This document shows, piece after piece, positions 19,119-28,480 of a stretch of DNA of 64,000 nt. Within the stretch, counting starts at the first letter, position 1; every line of letters starts with the position of its first letter. The position numbers were made by a program, and so were the translations under genes. Source of the DNA: Promethearchaeota archaeon (GTDB lineage Archaea > Asgardarchaeota > Lokiarchaeia > Sigyniarchaeales > SOKP01); contig JAHPZI010000030.1 in the NCBI GenBank assembly GCA_019058295.1, forward strand, positions 141,164 to 205,163, written 5' to 3'. Under the pieces are notes generated by a model. The model was not told the origin of the DNA, did not search any database, and worked only from the letters and a program-made list of their open reading frames with translations.

Positions 19119-19616
19119 ATGGATGCAATAAATGGTTTTGCTTACATTTTAGGCGATGATATCAATACAGATGATATTGTTCCAAGCCATACTCTTACTA
19201 TGAGGGATCCTCATGAAATGGCTAAATGTACATTAGAATTTATAGACCCTCAATTTGTAAAAAAAATAGATAAAGGAAATATAATCATTGCTGGAGAAAA
19301 TTTCGGGACAGGAAGCTCGAGAGAAGAAGCTGTTAATGTTTTTAAAATTCTCGGAGTTAAAGCAATTATTGCCAAATCATTTGCAAGAATTTATTTTAGG
19401 AACTTAATAAATGTAGGTATACCCGGAATTACTTTGACCTGGGATGAAAATACATTTTCTAAAGGAGATAATTTGGTAATCTCTCTCTATAAAGGTGTTA
19501 TTTTTAATAAAACTAAAAATATTAAAGTTGAATTCGCAAAGCTGCCTGAATTTCTAACAAATATTTTAAATGAAGGGGGAATAATCAACCAGTTGAAGAA
19601 AATGCTTTTAAAATAA
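19119..19616 (+). CDS. 3-isopropylmalate dehydratase / homoaconitase small subunit (LeuD/HacB family)
   Basis: DDINTDDIVP, NFGTGSSRE, SFARIYFRN. Confidence 0.92.
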   Translation: MDAINGFAYILGDDINTDDIVPSHTLTMRDPHEMAKCTLEFIDPQFVKKIDKGNIIIAGENFGTGSSREEAVNVFKILGVKAIIAKSFARIYFRNLINVGIPGITLTWDENTFSKGDNLVISLYKGVIFNKTKNIKVEFAKLPEFLTNILNEGGIINQLKKMLLK

Positions 19617-19622
19617 GAGTTT

Positions 19623-20174
19623 TTAAAATAAATTCTGTATTTCTTTTTGAATTTCTTCAATTCTTTTCTTAGATTTTAATAAAATTTTACTTTTCCCGTG
19701 TTTTGAAAACCAAATTTGAAATCTCTCCTCAATTGAAACCTCTCTCCTTCCCGCCATTAATTTATCAGCAAGACAAACAATTTTTTCTTCGAGGGTTTCT
19801 GGAAGATAATCTCCGTCAGGTAATCCCACAGATTTGGCATCTTCTTTATCCAAACCTCCTAAAATGTGAGTTTCACAAATACGTGCGATTTCATTTGGAA
19901 ATCCTCTTTCTCTTAAAATTTTACCACCTATTAATGCGTGTTGAAATCCATGTGTTTTAGATCTTCCAATATCGTGAAGTATAGCACCAATTTCAATTAA
20001 ATTTATATCGACATTTGCTTTCCTAATTTTATTTGCAATTTCTAAAGCCTTTTCACATACTTTCAGAGAATGTCGCCGAACACTATAAGGAACTTTTAAT
20101 TTTTTTAACAGTTCTAATGCAAAATCTCGATCGGGTAAAACGATAGGTAGTTCTTCTGCTTTTTCTTTTACCAT
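19623..20174 (-). CDS. HD-domain (HDIG) metal-dependent hydrolase
   Basis: RHS, LHDIGR, H..GG, ETH, ADK. Confidence 0.9.
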   Translation of the reverse strand: MVKEKAEELPIVLPDRDFALELLKKLKVPYSVRRHSLKVCEKALEIANKIRKANVDINLIEIGAILHDIGRSKTHGFQHALIGGKILRERGFPNEIARICETHILGGLDKEDAKSVGLPDGDYLPETLEEKIVCLADKLMAGRREVSIEERFQIWFSKHGKSKILLKSKKRIEEIQKEIQNLF

Positions 20175-20552
20175 TAAGATTTATAAATAAATAATTAAGT
20201 TTAAGTTTTAGTTATTTACAGAAATGATTGAAAAAATAAATAAAATTATTTATTCTATGAGTATAAATGTCATTTATATTAGGATAATCCTCTAAATTCT
20301 TCATTTTTAATCCTATTGAAAAAGAGATAAAGTATATTATGCCTAATTTTTTTTAAATTCTAATTTTAATTATAAACATATTATCAATTATGAGGACAAT
20401 ATTATTCAAAAAATCTATTCACATTTAACTGATTGTTATTGAAAATTATCTAACCTAATCAAAAAATTTATTATTTATACAATTTTTTATAATTAAAGAA
20501 TTAGAAACTGAACAAAATAAATACTAAAATAAAAATAATAAAGGCGGCTTGC

Positions 20553-21389
20553 TTGGCTAAAAAGAAAAATAAGGGCACTAAATCAGAAAAAGAAAAAGAA
20601 AAAAAAGATGACAAAATTGATTTAGACTTTGTGGACGATTTTGTTGAGGATGATTTTATTGATCTTGAAGAAGAACTGGATTTACTCGACACTGAGGATT
20701 TGGAAAAAGAGCTTGAGGTAGAGGAAAAATTAATTGATAAAGACGAAGCTCAAAAACAACTTTATTTATCTTGTGGAATTCATATTGGTACTAAATTATT
20801 ATCTGGAGATGCCCGAAGATTCATTTATCGCCAAACTAATTATGGATTATATGTCATAGATTTAACACAAACTGATAAACGTCTAAAAATAGTGGCTAAA
20901 TTTTTATCCAAATATGTAGAGGAAGGAAGTGATAGGATAATTGTTAGTTCTGTTCGACGATACGGTAAGGAACCAGTTAAGAAATTCTGTGAAGTCCTCG
21001 GATGCAGAGCAATCGTCAATCGTTTCATTCCTGGGAGTTTAACTAATCCAATTATAGATACGTACGTTAAAGATGCGTCAGTGGTAGTAATTATAGACCC
21101 GCATGCCGATAAGGTGATCTTACGAGAAGCTCAATTGGCAAGAATTCCAGTAGTTTCTTTATTTGACACCGATGACACGCTTGTTGGCATCGATCTTGCG
21201 GTTCCGGCTAATAATCGAGGCAAGAAAGCATTAGGTTTAGTATTTTGGATTCTAGCAAGACAAATTATGCTTGAATTAGGTAAGATTTCAAGTGAGGACG
21301 AATTTCCCTATACGCTTGAAGAATTTACATCTAAAATTGTTCCTGTCTATCGTCAAGAACAATCATCGCAACAAAGGCAAAGACGCTAA
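20553..21389 (+). CDS. rps2: 30S ribosomal protein uS2 with charged N-terminal extension
   Basis: GIHIGTK, GLYVID, RFIPGSLTNP, IPVVSLFDTD, PANNRG. Confidence 0.95.
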   Translation: MAKKKNKGTKSEKEKEKKDDKIDLDFVDDFVEDDFIDLEEELDLLDTEDLEKELEVEEKLIDKDEAQKQLYLSCGIHIGTKLLSGDARRFIYRQTNYGLYVIDLTQTDKRLKIVAKFLSKYVEEGSDRIIVSSVRRYGKEPVKKFCEVLGCRAIVNRFIPGSLTNPIIDTYVKDASVVVIIDPHADKVILREAQLARIPVVSLFDTDDTLVGIDLAVPANNRGKKALGLVFWILARQIMLELGKISSEDEFPYTLEEFTSKIVPVYRQEQSSQQRQRR

Positions 21390-21390
21390 A

Positions 21391-21759
21391 TTATTTGAGA
21401 TGCTTTTTAATAATCTTTACTAAGTGAAGTAAATCTGCTGTTTTATTAATACAAAGATCAAATCCAGCATTTAGAATATGTTCCTGTTCTTTTTTCATAT
21501 CTAAAGCCGTAAATGCCAGAATAGGTGTTTTTTTATATTTTTGAATTTTTCTCAATTCTCTACAAATATTTATCCCATCCATTCCAGGTAAATTTATATC
21601 TAAAATAATAAGATCTGCATTTCCTGATTTAATTAGTCTAAAACCCCGCATACCATTAGTTTCAGTCATAATGAGTACATCTTTAAAATTCTTTAAAAGC
21701 ATCATATTGATTAATTTTAAGATATTCTCATCATCATCAATTATATAAATCTCTTTCAA
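21391..21759 (-). CDS. Single-domain response regulator receiver (CheY-like)
   Basis: IIDDD, LDINLPGMDG, FTA, NAGFD; GGAGGT Shine-Dalgarno before TTG. Confidence 0.92.
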   Translation of the reverse strand: MKEIYIIDDDENILKLINMMLLKNFKDVLIMTETNGMRGFRLIKSGNADLIILDINLPGMDGINICRELRKIQKYKKTPILAFTALDMKKEQEHILNAGFDLCINKTADLLHLVKIIKKHLK

Positions 21760-21985
21760 GAAACCTCCTCCCCCGTGTAAGGCTACATAAGAATGATTTC
21801 AAATTGATTCTTCTGAAAAGGTCTTATTATAATTACTCCAGATTTTATACATTTTTTCTGGAGATTCTATGGATAAATATATGATAAACTAATATATAAA
21901 AGTAAGTTTTTTTATATGATCACTAGGTATATAATTTTTCCTTTAAATATTAATAGGGTTAGGTAACAAAATTATTATTTTTACA

Positions 21986-22144
21986 ATGAGCATCGAAGAT
22001 AAAAGTGATAAAGAGTTAAGAGTGATTCTTGACAAGGAAATCTATGAGAAATTAGAAAAAATAAGAGAATTCCACGGTTTAAAAAATATGACGGAAGTTA
22101 TAAGATTTCTAATAACAAAAGAATTTAGAAATGTCGAAAAATAA
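21986..22144 (+). CDS. Ribbon-helix-helix (CopG-like) DNA-binding protein, 52 aa (absent from the ORF track)
   Basis: MSIEDKSDKELRVILDKEIYEKLEKIREFHGLKNMTEVIRFLITKEFRNVEK*; strand-helix-G-helix pattern. Confidence 0.8.
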   Translation: MSIEDKSDKELRVILDKEIYEKLEKIREFHGLKNMTEVIRFLITKEFRNVEK

Positions 22145-22333
22145 CTTAACTTGTTTAGAATCTTATCCAAATTCAGTTTATCATGCATATTATTATTTAT
22201 TCTAAATAAGATTATTTTTGATATACTACAATTGTCTAAAACAAATCTTTTTTTTAAATTATTAGTCATAAATTTTTAATTCTAAATCAATTTCCTTTAA
22301 ATAGAAGAATTACCATAAAAAAAGAGGTTTAAT

Positions 22334-23110
22334 ATGAAAAAAATTATAGCTTTTTCTGGAAAAGGAGGAGTTGGGAAAACCACTGCTTTAGTTCTATTAT
22401 TAAAATATCTCATTGAAATCAAAAAAGATCAAGATATTTTAGTGATAGATTCTGATCCAGATGCGAATATTGCGGATGTTATAAATGAAGAAGTAAAATT
22501 TAAAGATACTATTGGAGGAAAAATGAAAGATTTGAAGGAGAAAATCCAAAAAAGGCAATTACCTTTGGATATGCCTAAAAATCAAATTATTGAGGGTGAT
22601 GTATATCGATGTCTCATTGAAATGGACAGTTTTGATCTCTTAGAAATGGGGCGTACGGAGGGAGAAGGCTGTTACTGTTTTATTAATTCTGTCTTAAAGA
22701 ATGTAATAGACACCCTTTCCAAAAATTATGATATAACATTGTTAGATTCGCCCGCAGGATTAGAGCATTTTGCCAGAAAAACGGGTCGAGATGTTACAGA
22801 CTTGGTAATAGTTACAGACCCCAGTAAAATGGGTATTCATACAATGAAAAGAATACTTGAAATTACTAAAGAATTAGAATTAAAATTTGAAAATATTTGG
22901 ATTCTAGGGAATCGCTTCCCCGAAAATGTTAGAGATATCTTAGAAAAAGAAGTGGAAGAATTTAAAGACGAGAACATCCATTTATTAGGATTCATTTCAA
23001 ATGATGATGATATTAGTAGAATAAATTTGACTGGTGGTAATTTATTGGAAGCATTAAGCGATAATCCAGCATATCAACAAGCTAAAGATATTTTTGCTAA
23101 AATTCTTTAA
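22334..23110 (+). CDS. cooC: CO dehydrogenase/ACS nickel-insertion ATPase (CooC/AcsF family)
   Basis: GKGGVGKT, DSDPDAN, EGCYC, AGLEHF. Confidence 0.88.
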   Translation: MKKIIAFSGKGGVGKTTALVLLLKYLIEIKKDQDILVIDSDPDANIADVINEEVKFKDTIGGKMKDLKEKIQKRQLPLDMPKNQIIEGDVYRCLIEMDSFDLLEMGRTEGEGCYCFINSVLKNVIDTLSKNYDITLLDSPAGLEHFARKTGRDVTDLVIVTDPSKMGIHTMKRILEITKELELKFENIWILGNRFPENVRDILEKEVEEFKDENIHLLGFISNDDDISRINLTGGNLLEALSDNPAYQQAKDIFAKIL

Positions 23111-23156
23111 TTTCTATTAAATTATCTGGCAATATGCGTTATAATAGCTTTAACCA

Positions 23157-24317
23157 TTAAAGTCCCCGTTTATCAACAAATTTTAACATGATTGTAATGT
23201 GCATTAAAAGCTTTTTTAATAGTAAGCAATCTACTTTATCAGGAGTGTCATTCTTTGAGTGTGCGTATTTATAGGATTTCTGATCCAATATACCAATACC
23301 ACCGAAATTCTTATCAGCAAGGAAATAAGCATCGCTACGCGCTAATTTAATTCTTTTGGGGAAATGTAGTCTAACTGTGAAGTCATTAGCATTTTTAAAA
23401 AAAAAAGCTCCTCTTTTCCCTGTAATTACATCGATACTTCTTCCAATAGTATCAAACAGCAAGAAAAAGGTTTTTGTTCGATCGAGATGTTTTATTTTGT
23501 CATAAAGGTGTCTAATTCCCATAGTTCCACATTCTTCTGCGCCGGTAAAGACAAACCATAAATCGTAATTTTTTAATCTATTTTTTGAATCTAAATAATA
23601 ATTTAATAATTCCAAAACACATGCTATTCCAGAAGCATTGTCTATAGCACCCGGAGATTTATTATTAGTAGTATTATAACAGAGAACAATTACAGATATA
23701 AAATTAATTATTAAAGGAAAAACTCCAATTACGAGTAACCAATAACTATATTGAACCAAAACAAGATTTTTTAGAAATATCACTATTGAACAAACTATTA
23801 AGGAGTATATCCATAATTTAAAAAAAAAAACTCGATAATTTGTATGTAATCTTTGACCTTTTGAATCAAGATGGCTCAGAAATAGAATATTACTCCTATC
23901 ATTATCTTGTTTTAAACCCTCATTAGTAAATTCACTACTTTCCGAATTTCCAAGAATTTTCACATATAAATTATTAGATATTTTTTCTTTTCCTATTCTA
24001 ATCTTATCAGGTTTTCTTGTAATAATGAAAATTGGTAGGTAAATTGTAAATATAATAATTAAACTTAAGGAGGTTAATATCCCTTCAATGTTTAAATATA
24101 AGATAAATAAGGCTAAGAAGCTTAGTATGAATACCACTTTTTGATAAATCCGAGGATAAAAAGAAGTAAATGAAAAATTTTGAACCGAAGGCTCTAAATT
24201 TAATTGTTCAATTTTATTTTTTACTATATTGAATGCGTTTTCCTCATGATCCGTTCCACTTAATCGGGGAAATGAAATAAATTCTAAATTTTCTCTAATT
24301 CGGGTCTCATCAATCAT
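23157..24317 (-). CDS. M28-family metallopeptidase with inserted TM helices (paralogue 2)
   Basis: FPRLSGT, SHLDSK, PGAIDNASG, AEECG, RSDA, HSKND. Confidence 0.85.
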   Translation of the reverse strand: MIDETRIRENLEFISFPRLSGTDHEENAFNIVKNKIEQLNLEPSVQNFSFTSFYPRIYQKVVFILSFLALFILYLNIEGILTSLSLIIIFTIYLPIFIITRKPDKIRIGKEKISNNLYVKILGNSESSEFTNEGLKQDNDRSNILFLSHLDSKGQRLHTNYRVFFFKLWIYSLIVCSIVIFLKNLVLVQYSYWLLVIGVFPLIINFISVIVLCYNTTNNKSPGAIDNASGIACVLELLNYYLDSKNRLKNYDLWFVFTGAEECGTMGIRHLYDKIKHLDRTKTFFLLFDTIGRSIDVITGKRGAFFFKNANDFTVRLHFPKRIKLARSDAYFLADKNFGGIGILDQKSYKYAHSKNDTPDKVDCLLLKKLLMHITIMLKFVDKRGL

Positions 24318-24428
24318 TAATCAAAAACATCTAAATTTTTCAATTAACATATATATTCTTATCTGTAATAATAAAATTAAATTATATCATTAATTTTATT
24401 GTTTAAAATTTAATAATGAAAATTAATT

Positions 24429-24542
24429 TTAACAACAACTATATCTTGGTTTTCGGGAACTGGCAATTCGTTAAAAATTGCAAGAGATCTTGCTGAAAAA
24501 CTAGGAGATGCTGAATTAATACCAATCGCAAAATTAATTTAA
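24429..24542 (+). pseudogene. N-terminal stub of a flavodoxin-domain (EFR1-type ferredoxin) gene
   Basis: LTTTISWFSGTGNSLKIARDLAEKLGDAELIPIAKLI*; FSGTGNS FMN-binding loop, no start codon, stops after 37 codons. Confidence 0.75.
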
Positions 24543-24572
24543 AATTAAACTGCAAAATAATAATTGATAACT

Positions 24573-26396
24573 ATGGTAAAATATACAGGAGGAGAAATAA
24601 TCTCAAAATATTTAATTAAAGAAGGTGTTAAGTACGTTGTAGGTATACCTGGACATGGGAACTTACCCGTCGTAGACGCATTCTATAAGGATAAGGATAA
24701 ATTAACTCTTATCCAACCAAAACAAGAAATGTCAGGAGTCCATTTAGCAGTAGGCTATTATAGAATAACTGATAAACCACTTGTAGTATTTACATCAATA
24801 GGTCCTGGAGCCATTAATGCAGCAATCGGACTCGCCGATGCATATGTGGATTCATTTCCCGTACTCGTTTTAAACGGCAATACACACACTCACATGCGGG
24901 GAAAAGGCGTCCTTCAAGAAATTGAACGAAAGAGAGACTCAGATATGCCCCGAATTCTTGAGCCTATATGTAAGCGGAATTGGCAGGTCAGTTCTGTAGG
25001 ACAATTATCAACCATCATGCAACGTGCATTTAATATTATGATGTCAGGAAGGCGAGGACCATGCGTTATAGATCTTCCTATGGACGTTCAGGCTAATGCA
25101 ATTGATGTAGATATTCCAAAACCATTAGAAAGAAGAGTTTCTGGAAAAACTTTGGGCGATCCTGAACAAATTAAAATAGCTATTGATTTGTTAAAAGAAG
25201 CAAAAAGGCCTGTGCTATTTTTAGGTGGTGGTATAGTGACTGCTAACGCTTTTGAAGAAGTGAAAATATTAGCCGAAAAAATTGGTGCTGCTGTCGTTGT
25301 AACTATGATGGCTAAGGATGCATTTCCAAATGATCACCCATTATTTTGTTGGTCCGCTGGAAGTAAAGGAACTTTGATTGGTTTGAATATGAGCTCTAAA
25401 GCCGATGTAATCCTTGCCGTGGGATGCCGCTTTGCTGACGAAACTGCGAGTTCATATAAAGATGGAGTTAGTTTTTCAATTCCTCCTACAAAATTAATTC
25501 AAATAGATATAGATCCCCAAGAAATAGGTAAAAATTATCCCGTTTCAGTAGGAATTGTTGGAGACGCTAAGGCTTGTTTAAACCAGATTATAGACGAAAT
25601 AAATAAACAAGGATATTTTAAAGACTTTGAGAATACAGATTACTTTAAGGAAATTCAGGAGGAGAAGAAAAAGTGGTTTGCTTTCCTTGACGAATATCGA
25701 GACGATTCTAAAGTTCCGGTCATGATTTCAACAGTGATTCGTGAAGTAAGAAAATTTTTCGACAGAGATACTGTAATTGTGACTAGTTCTGGAAATATTC
25801 AAGCTCAAATGCTTCAAGAAATGGAATTTTACGAGCCAAAAACTTGTATTACTGCAGGTGGCTTCTCAACTATGGGATATACACTACCCGCTGCTATTGG
25901 TGCCAAATTGGGATCTATAGACATAGGAAAACCTGAACGAAATGTTCTTGGATTTGTGGGTGACGGAGATTTTATGATGACAATCTCAGAGTTATCTGTT
26001 GCGGTTCAATTAGGATTACAAAACTTTTTTATTATTGTGTTAAATAACGCTGGCTGGATAGCGATAAAAGATCTTCAACAAGCTGCTTTTGGAGAAGATC
26101 GAGGTTATGGAACTGCTTTTGAAGATAAGGATGGAAATATGTATTCCCCTGATTTTGCTAAAATAGGTGAAGCCTTTGGGTGCTATGCTGAGAAAATTTC
26201 GAAAAAAGAAGAGATTATACCAGCATTAGAAAGAGCTGCCAAATCGGGTAAACCTGCAGTCATTGAAATTTTAGTGAATCGTGAGTTCCCATATACTGGG
26301 AGCCCTGCTGTGGGTTGGTGGGATGTACCGATTCCAGAATACCTAACTGAGCGCCGAAAAAAATATGAAGAAGAGATAAAAGGAGAAAAATTATAA
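24573..26396 (+). CDS. Thiamine-diphosphate enzyme (acetolactate synthase superfamily, IolD-like features)
   Basis: GIPGHGN, catalytic E in KQEM, TSIGPG, GDGDF..NN, C-terminal WWDVP. Confidence 0.88.
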   Translation: MVKYTGGEIISKYLIKEGVKYVVGIPGHGNLPVVDAFYKDKDKLTLIQPKQEMSGVHLAVGYYRITDKPLVVFTSIGPGAINAAIGLADAYVDSFPVLVLNGNTHTHMRGKGVLQEIERKRDSDMPRILEPICKRNWQVSSVGQLSTIMQRAFNIMMSGRRGPCVIDLPMDVQANAIDVDIPKPLERRVSGKTLGDPEQIKIAIDLLKEAKRPVLFLGGGIVTANAFEEVKILAEKIGAAVVVTMMAKDAFPNDHPLFCWSAGSKGTLIGLNMSSKADVILAVGCRFADETASSYKDGVSFSIPPTKLIQIDIDPQEIGKNYPVSVGIVGDAKACLNQIIDEINKQGYFKDFENTDYFKEIQEEKKKWFAFLDEYRDDSKVPVMISTVIREVRKFFDRDTVIVTSSGNIQAQMLQEMEFYEPKTCITAGGFSTMGYTLPAAIGAKLGSIDIGKPERNVLGFVGDGDFMMTISELSVAVQLGLQNFFIIVLNNAGWIAIKDLQQAAFGEDRGYGTAFEDKDGNMYSPDFAKIGEAFGCYAEKISKKEEIIPALERAAKSGKPAVIEILVNREFPYTGSPAVGWWDVPIPEYLTERRKKYEEEIKGEKL

Positions 26397-26420
26397 AATT
26401 TATTTAATGGACCCCTAAGA

Positions 26421-27614
26421 ATGAATAATTCATTGACTCCAGAGAAGATCCTAGATAATGTAATTAATAATAATATTAGTTTTAATGAAGCAATAGAGCT
26501 ATTAATCTCTATAATTGAAGTTAGTGAAAGTGAGAATGTAAGAGCCAAATGTATAGATGCCTTTAGTAAGATAGACGTAAAAAATAATAAAATCTTTAAA
26601 ATACTGGAAAATCATTTATTATCCGATGAAAGCCCATCGGTAAGGGGCGCCGCCGCTAAAGTATTAGTATCCAAATTTCCAAAAGATAGCATAGATCCGT
26701 TAAGATGGACAATTCAGCGCGATAATTCTGCTATTGTATTAAAAACAATAGCTTATTCTTTAGAAAATGAAGAAAACCAGAATTTTAAAATTTTAAAGAA
26801 AGAACTAACTGCTAATTTTGAGAGAATTGCGGCGATTTACGGAATACTTCCAGATGAATTATTATTACTTTTAAATTTAGAATTTGATCTTGACTTTTTT
26901 AATGAAACCAGGTCAAACTCGGTGTTTGGCGTTAGATATGGCAGTTTAAGAAGTTTTGCGTTAAGAGATGGTCATGTAAATGCTTTACATCTTGATGGGT
27001 TAAAAGATCTTCCAGAATCAATAGGATCTTTCAAGTACTTACAATATCTAAATGTTAGCAATAATAATCTCAATCAAATACCTAAATCAATAGGATCACT
27101 CACTTCTCTTAAAGCATTATGGTTAAGTAATAATAATATTAAAAACATTCCTGAATCAATAGGTTCTCTAAAATCCTTGATATCATTAAAATTGGACAAT
27201 AATAACCTTCAAGAAATACCCAAGTCCATCAAAAATTTAACAAACCTCAAATATTTAGATTTAAAAAATAATAAAATTCAAGAAATTCCTGATGCAATAG
27301 ATTTACTTAAATTTCTAGAGCAATTAGACTTAAGACATAATCAAATTGAAAAAATTCCTGAGTCAATAGGTTCGCTAGCTCTACTTGAAGAATTATGGTT
27401 AAGCCATAATAAAATTCAAAAAATTCCCGAAAGATTAAAGGATCTTAAGAATTTAAAATATTTAGATTTAGGAAACAATAATATCCGAGAAATTACTGAA
27501 TCAATAGGCTCATTAAAGTCATTAGTATCTTTAAATTTAACAGAAAATTTTATTCAAAATATTCCACAATCAATAGAAGATTTAAAAAAAAGGAATGTAA
27601 AGATTTTATATTAA
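26421..27614 (+). CDS. HEAT-like N-terminal module plus about nine 23-aa LRRs
   Basis: LLSDESPSVRGAAA helical repeats; repeated IPESIGSLxxLxxLxLxxNxI. Confidence 0.92.
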   Translation: MNNSLTPEKILDNVINNNISFNEAIELLISIIEVSESENVRAKCIDAFSKIDVKNNKIFKILENHLLSDESPSVRGAAAKVLVSKFPKDSIDPLRWTIQRDNSAIVLKTIAYSLENEENQNFKILKKELTANFERIAAIYGILPDELLLLLNLEFDLDFFNETRSNSVFGVRYGSLRSFALRDGHVNALHLDGLKDLPESIGSFKYLQYLNVSNNNLNQIPKSIGSLTSLKALWLSNNNIKNIPESIGSLKSLISLKLDNNNLQEIPKSIKNLTNLKYLDLKNNKIQEIPDAIDLLKFLEQLDLRHNQIEKIPESIGSLALLEELWLSHNKIQKIPERLKDLKNLKYLDLGNNNIREITESIGSLKSLVSLNLTENFIQNIPQSIEDLKKRNVKILY

Positions 27615-27624
27615 TAAAAAGATT

Positions 27625-28179
27625 ATGAAGAAAATATTAGGAGTAATGGGAAGTCCCCGTATTAATGGTAATACGCATGTTTTAGTTTCCAAAATATTAG
27701 AAGGAGCGAAGGAAAAAGGAGCTGCTACAGATATTATTTTATTAAAAGATTTAAATATTCTAGAATGCGATGGATGTCATACATGCTGGAAAGGCAGTGA
27801 GTGCAGTAAAAGCGACGATATGAATAATATTTATCCAAGAATAATTGAAAATGACATAATTTTGTTTGGCACCCCTGTATATTGGTATGGACCAACTGCG
27901 TTAATGAAAGCCTTTATTGATCGATTTGTCTACTTTAATTGTCCAGAAAACCGGATAAAAATAAAAGGTAAATCCGCTGTAATTGTAATCCCATTCGAGG
28001 AAGATAATCTGGAAACAGCTGACCTATTAGTGAAAATGTTTGAAAAATGCTTTGAGTATTTAGAAATTCCCCTTATTGAAAAAATTATCATTCCTGGAGT
28101 AACTAAAAGAGGAGAAGTTATAAAACAAGAAGCTACAATAAAACAATGTTATAATTTAGGGAAAAAATTAGCTATATAA
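27625..28179 (+). CDS. Iron-sulfur flavoprotein / flavodoxin family
   Basis: GSPRINGNT, CDGCHTC..C, GTPVYW, KAFIDR. Confidence 0.9.
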   Translation: MKKILGVMGSPRINGNTHVLVSKILEGAKEKGAATDIILLKDLNILECDGCHTCWKGSECSKSDDMNNIYPRIIENDIILFGTPVYWYGPTALMKAFIDRFVYFNCPENRIKIKGKSAVIVIPFEEDNLETADLLVKMFEKCFEYLEIPLIEKIIIPGVTKRGEVIKQEATIKQCYNLGKKLAI

Positions 28180-28210
28180 GTGTACATTTAACAATTGTTT
28201 ACCAGCGTTA

Positions 28211-28426
28211 TTATTTAGGGGAAAAGCCCGGGGCACCATCTTTAAATTTTTCTGAAGCAGGTTCACCGCCAATCCCCCAATGAGTTCTGGGAATTTCGTG
28301 GACAATTACTTCAACGGCATGCTGAGGTACACCTAAATCAACAAAAACTTGAGTAATTTTCTCAATAACGATTTTAACTCTATCTACACCAAATCCTTTC
28401 CATACATTTACATGAATAGTCGGCAT
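28211..28426 (-). CDS. 4-oxalocrotonate tautomerase family protein
   Basis: Pro after initiator Met, VEVIVHE, WGIGG. Confidence 0.9.
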   Translation of the reverse strand: MPTIHVNVWKGFGVDRVKIVIEKITQVFVDLGVPQHAVEVIVHEIPRTHWGIGGEPASEKFKDGAPGFSPK

Positions 28427-28480
28427 TGATTTACCTCTATTTTATAATTTTTAATAATTATTATTTAAAAATATATAATT

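Noticed and set aside
20175-20552. Hidden gene, RNA or origin in the long AT-rich intergenic region
   Set aside because: No convincing ORF, GC-rich stem or repeated ORB-like boxes
22042-22269. 75-aa minus-strand ORF
   Set aside because: Overlaps the better-supported plus-strand RHH gene and has no motifs
26990-27590. CRISPR or tandem DNA array (recurrent gaatcaatagg)
   Set aside because: The 69-bp periodicity is LRR coding sequence
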